The position numbers and the translations under genes were made by a program. Under the pieces are notes generated by a model. It was not told the DNA's origin. It saw nothing but the letters and a program-made list of their open reading frames with translations, and made no database searches. From Syntrophales bacterium (lineage in GTDB: Bacteria > Desulfobacterota > Syntrophia > Syntrophales > UBA8958), in NCBI GenBank assembly GCA_026416455.1, contig JAOAFE010000002.1:24212-88211 (forward strand): a stretch of 64,000 bases of DNA. Reading direction: 5' to 3'. Shown one piece after another: positions 61,287 to 64,000 of this stretch. How positions within the stretch are numbered: position 1 is the stretch's first letter; every line of letters starts with the position of its first letter.

Positions 61287-62947
61287 TCTATAGTTCCATC
61301 GGAATGTCCGTACTTCTTACCATAAATTTCCCGCAATTTGTACTTTTGAACTTTACCACTAGCTGTCATGGGATATGAATCTACGAATTCCCAATATTTT
61401 GGAATTTTATGGCGGGCAATGCGACCGCGACAAAAATCCACCAATTCTTCTGCCGTTGCCTTTTCTCCTGCTTTTAGTTGGATTACGGCTAGTACCTGTT
61501 CCCCGTATTTTTTGTCCGGAACACCCACCACCTGTACGTCTGCGATTTTCGGGTGGCGATAAAGGAATTCTTCTATTTCTTTCGGGTAAATGTTTTCCCC
61601 TCCCCGAATGATCATATCTTTTATTCTTCCTGTGACCTTGAAATAGCCGTTATCATCAACCTCTCCTAGATCTCCTGTATGGAGCCACCCATCCCGATCT
61701 ATGGTCGCGGCCGTCGCTTCCGGCATTTTGTAGTATCCCTTCATGATACAGGGGCTACGAGTCACTATTTCTCCCTGTGTATTGGGAGGGAGATCTACTC
61801 CTGTCTCCGGGTCAACGATCTTCCCCTGCACTCCCGGAAGCAACCGTCCTACCGTTGATACGCGTAATTCTACTGGGTCTTCCCGTCGGGTCATCGTAAT
61901 GACGGGCGACGCTTCGGTGAGCCCATAGGCGATTACAATCTCAGGACAATGCATCGTGGTTCGTACCTGATTCATGGTTTCTGTGGGACAGGGGGCCCCG
62001 GCCATAATGCCTGTGCGGAGGGATTTCATATCGAACTTTCCAAACTCCGGATGATTGAGCATAGCGATAAACATAGTGGGAACACCATTTATGGCGGTGC
62101 AATTTTCGGCAGAAATAGTAGCCAATGATTTGAGGGGATCGAAGGTTTCCATAAGAACCATGGTCGAGCCATGGTAAACACAGTTTAAGGTGCTCATAAC
62201 ACATCCAAAGCAATGAAAAAGGGGTACGTGGATGAGAAGACGGTCTTGCGGTGTCATCCCCATGACATCCCCCACCATGCGGGCGTTGTTGATTATGTTG
62301 TGGTGAGTAAGCATAACCCCTTTCGGAAAGCCGGTGGTACCAGAGGTGTACTGCATATTGATGACGTCGTGTTCATCTAAAGCTGACATACGTTTTTCTA
62401 GTTCTTCTTCCTTTACCTGGTTGGCCATGGCCAGTAAATCGGTAAAACGGAACATGCCCGGAATCGGGGAACGGGTCCCTATGTAAATTACGTTCTTCAA
62501 CTTTGGCAGGCGAGGGGAAATAAGGAATCCAGGTTTACATGTATCTAACTCAGGCAGAATCTCTCTCACCGTTTCATAGAAATTGGTATCACGATATCCT
62601 TCCATGAGAAAGAGGGTGGTCGCGTCCGATTGGTGGAGCAGATATTCGAGTTCGTGAGCGCGGTAATTGGTATTGACCGTGACAAGAATACCCCCAACCA
62701 TACCAAGGGCGAATTGTAGATAAACCCATTCTGGCAGGTTGGTTGTCCAGACGGCACAGGCATCTCCACGACGGATTCCTAGGGCCATAAGCCCCCGGGC
62801 GAGAAGGCGACATTTTTCATAAAGCTCACCGTAGGTTATCCGAATGCCAAAGTCCGGACATACCAGCGCCTCCACCTCTTTTTTTTCGGTTGCCGTTTTC
62901 TTAATGAGCTCTCCCATTGTCATGTGGACAAAGTCAGACATGTGCAC
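61283..62947 (-). CDS. AMP-dependent acyl-CoA synthetase/ligase (FadD-like)
   Basis: 554 aa. AMP-binding motif YTSGTTGFPKGV, GYGLTE-like AYGLTEASP, TGDLGEVDDNGY and the C-terminal SGKVQK. Confidence 0.9.
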   Translation of the reverse strand: MHMSDFVHMTMGELIKKTATEKKEVEALVCPDFGIRITYGELYEKCRLLARGLMALGIRRGDACAVWTTNLPEWVYLQFALGMVGGILVTVNTNYRAHELEYLLHQSDATTLFLMEGYRDTNFYETVREILPELDTCKPGFLISPRLPKLKNVIYIGTRSPIPGMFRFTDLLAMANQVKEEELEKRMSALDEHDVINMQYTSGTTGFPKGVMLTHHNIINNARMVGDVMGMTPQDRLLIHVPLFHCFGCVMSTLNCVYHGSTMVLMETFDPLKSLATISAENCTAINGVPTMFIAMLNHPEFGKFDMKSLRTGIMAGAPCPTETMNQVRTTMHCPEIVIAYGLTEASPVITMTRREDPVELRVSTVGRLLPGVQGKIVDPETGVDLPPNTQGEIVTRSPCIMKGYYKMPEATAATIDRDGWLHTGDLGEVDDNGYFKVTGRIKDMIIRGGENIYPKEIEEFLYRHPKIADVQVVGVPDKKYGEQVLAVIQLKAGEKATAEELVDFCRGRIARHKIPKYWEFVDSYPMTASGKVQKYKLREIYGKKYGHSDGTIE

Positions 62948-63037
62948 CTCCCTTTTTAATCATTCCACTTAACGTAAACTGGTAAGAGATTATCAAATAT
63001 TTTTTCTCTGTCAATTAAATTTTGAAGGTGGCATAAG

Positions 63038-63859
63038 TTATTTTTTTGCCAGAACGGCAAAGCTATGTCCTGAAAACAGTCGCGCCACTGGACGGGCGTA
63101 GATATTACCTGCGGGCCAAGTATCTAGTTTTTCTTTTATATGTTCAGAAAGGTAGCTCTTGGTTCTTAAAATGCGAAAACTGTGTTTCTTCAGAAGCTCC
63201 TTTATGGTGTGAGGGGTGAAGTGGTATAGGTGAAAAGGTATTTGCCATCCTTTCCAGTTTTCTCCTCCTGCCTTAGCATCCGTACTTTCGTAGTTAGGAA
63301 CGTCGATGGCCACAAGCCCTCCTTTCTTAAGCCAAAGGCGCACTTTTTCGAGGCAACGAGAAGGATTAGGCGTATGCTCTAAGAAATGCCACATGGTAAT
63401 GAGATCGAACGACTCAGGCTCAAAGTTGGCCTCTTCTACCGTGCCGATATAAACCTCGAGCCCAAATTTGCTTTTACAGTGACTAGCCGAGTTTTCTGAT
63501 ATATCAAGTCCTCTCACTTCATAGCCCTTTTGGCGGCAGGCGAGAAGAAAATATCCCATTCCACACCCTATGTCCAAGATCTTGCCCCTTTTTAGGTATC
63601 TCCGAAAGAAGCGAATACGATGGGTCTCCTGAGATAAGCGTTTCCCCATTTCGCGAGAACCCAATTCCGGCAGAGGCCCATAATTGACGGTAAAATAACT
63701 TTCGGCATAAAGCCTACTTAATTCTTCCTTATCTGGCCTCGGGTCCAGGATGCCTAAACCACAGGTTTGACAGGCGTAGACTGACCATCCTCGGTTATCA
63801 AGAAGTTTTTTTCTTTCTGTGCCTCCACAGAGGATACATATGTCTGGCGCTTTCTCCAT
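63038..63859 (-). CDS. class I SAM-dependent methyltransferase with N-terminal zinc ribbon
   Basis: 273 aa. CILCGG...CQTCGL ribbon, SAM motif I ILDIGCGMGYF and post-I acidic VRGLDIS. Confidence 0.85.
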   Translation of the reverse strand: MEKAPDICILCGGTERKKLLDNRGWSVYACQTCGLGILDPRPDKEELSRLYAESYFTVNYGPLPELGSREMGKRLSQETHRIRFFRRYLKRGKILDIGCGMGYFLLACRQKGYEVRGLDISENSASHCKSKFGLEVYIGTVEEANFEPESFDLITMWHFLEHTPNPSRCLEKVRLWLKKGGLVAIDVPNYESTDAKAGGENWKGWQIPFHLYHFTPHTIKELLKKHSFRILRTKSYLSEHIKEKLDTWPAGNIYARPVARLFSGHSFAVLAKK

Positions 63860-63894
63860 TTATGAGTGAGCTTCCAACTTCTTATTTCCCATGA

Positions 63895-64000
63895 TTACTC
63901 ATAAATCTTTTCTTCTTCCGCGAACGCCTCTTCTGCATCTGCCTCATAATCTCGAGTCAGTCGACGGGCGCGCTCGGCAAGGCATTCCCGGTACCACTCG
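63895..64000 (-). CDS. 3' end of an unidentified ORF running off the window edge
   Basis: The minus-strand frame reads ...EWYRECLAERARRLTRDYEADAEEAFAEEEKIYE then stop (TAA, complement of 63895-63897). Only 35 codons are visible and no family can be assigned. Confidence 0.3.
   Translation of the reverse strand, partial: EWYRECLAERARRLTRDYEADAEEAFAEEEKIYE

Noticed and set aside
1-64000. Scan for CRISPR arrays, rRNA, IS elements, inverted terminal repeats and long tandem repeats
   Set aside because: No regularly spaced direct repeats, no transposase- or integrase-like ORFs and no noncoding tract longer than ~180 nt were seen by eye. Short repeats could still have been missed without computation.

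Overview
Chromosomal segment from a diderm (Gram-negative-type) bacterium, probably an anaerobe. The envelope call rests on LptD, TatA/TatC, PilC and a class A PBP. The anaerobe call rests on a tungsten-type aldehyde:ferredoxin oxidoreductase, an AbfD-like dehydratase, two rubrerythrin-like proteins and GatCAB. About 45% of the window (12.76-41.46 kb, all on the + strand) is the conserved transcription/translation supercluster: tRNA-Thr/Tyr/Gly/Thr, rpmG, tRNA-Trp, secE, nusG, rplKAJL, rpoBC, rpsLG, tuf, then the S10, spc and alpha operons. The left flank (0-12.7 kb) carries housekeeping genes: hldA, yicC, gmk, rpoZ, pyrF, rlmB, pilC, tRNA-Pro and a cysteine synthase-CysRS fusion. The right flank (41.5-64 kb) carries folC, lptD, an AOR plus Fe-ADH pair, a more AT-rich (by eye) orphan locus, gatCAB, an HDAC-family gene, tatAC, PBP1A, an acyl-CoA ligase with a MerR regulator, and a methyltransferase. 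I found no rRNA, CRISPR array, transposase, integrase or long noncoding tract; the largest intergenic gaps are about 180 nt or less. The most unusual items are as follows. (1) A single 773-aa ORF fuses a complete PLP cysteine synthase to a CysRS whose HIGH, KMSKS and Zn-site motifs are non-canonical. (2) An orphan ~732-aa protein combines an XRE-type HTH, a degenerate cyclase-like middle and a helical-repeat C-terminus, and is transcribed divergently from a small unknown ORF. (3) The ribosomal supercluster departs from the canonical order: fusA and adk are absent, and a terminator-like hairpin sits between rpsJ and rplC. All functional calls come from reading the translated ORFs against remembered family signatures; no database search was possible.
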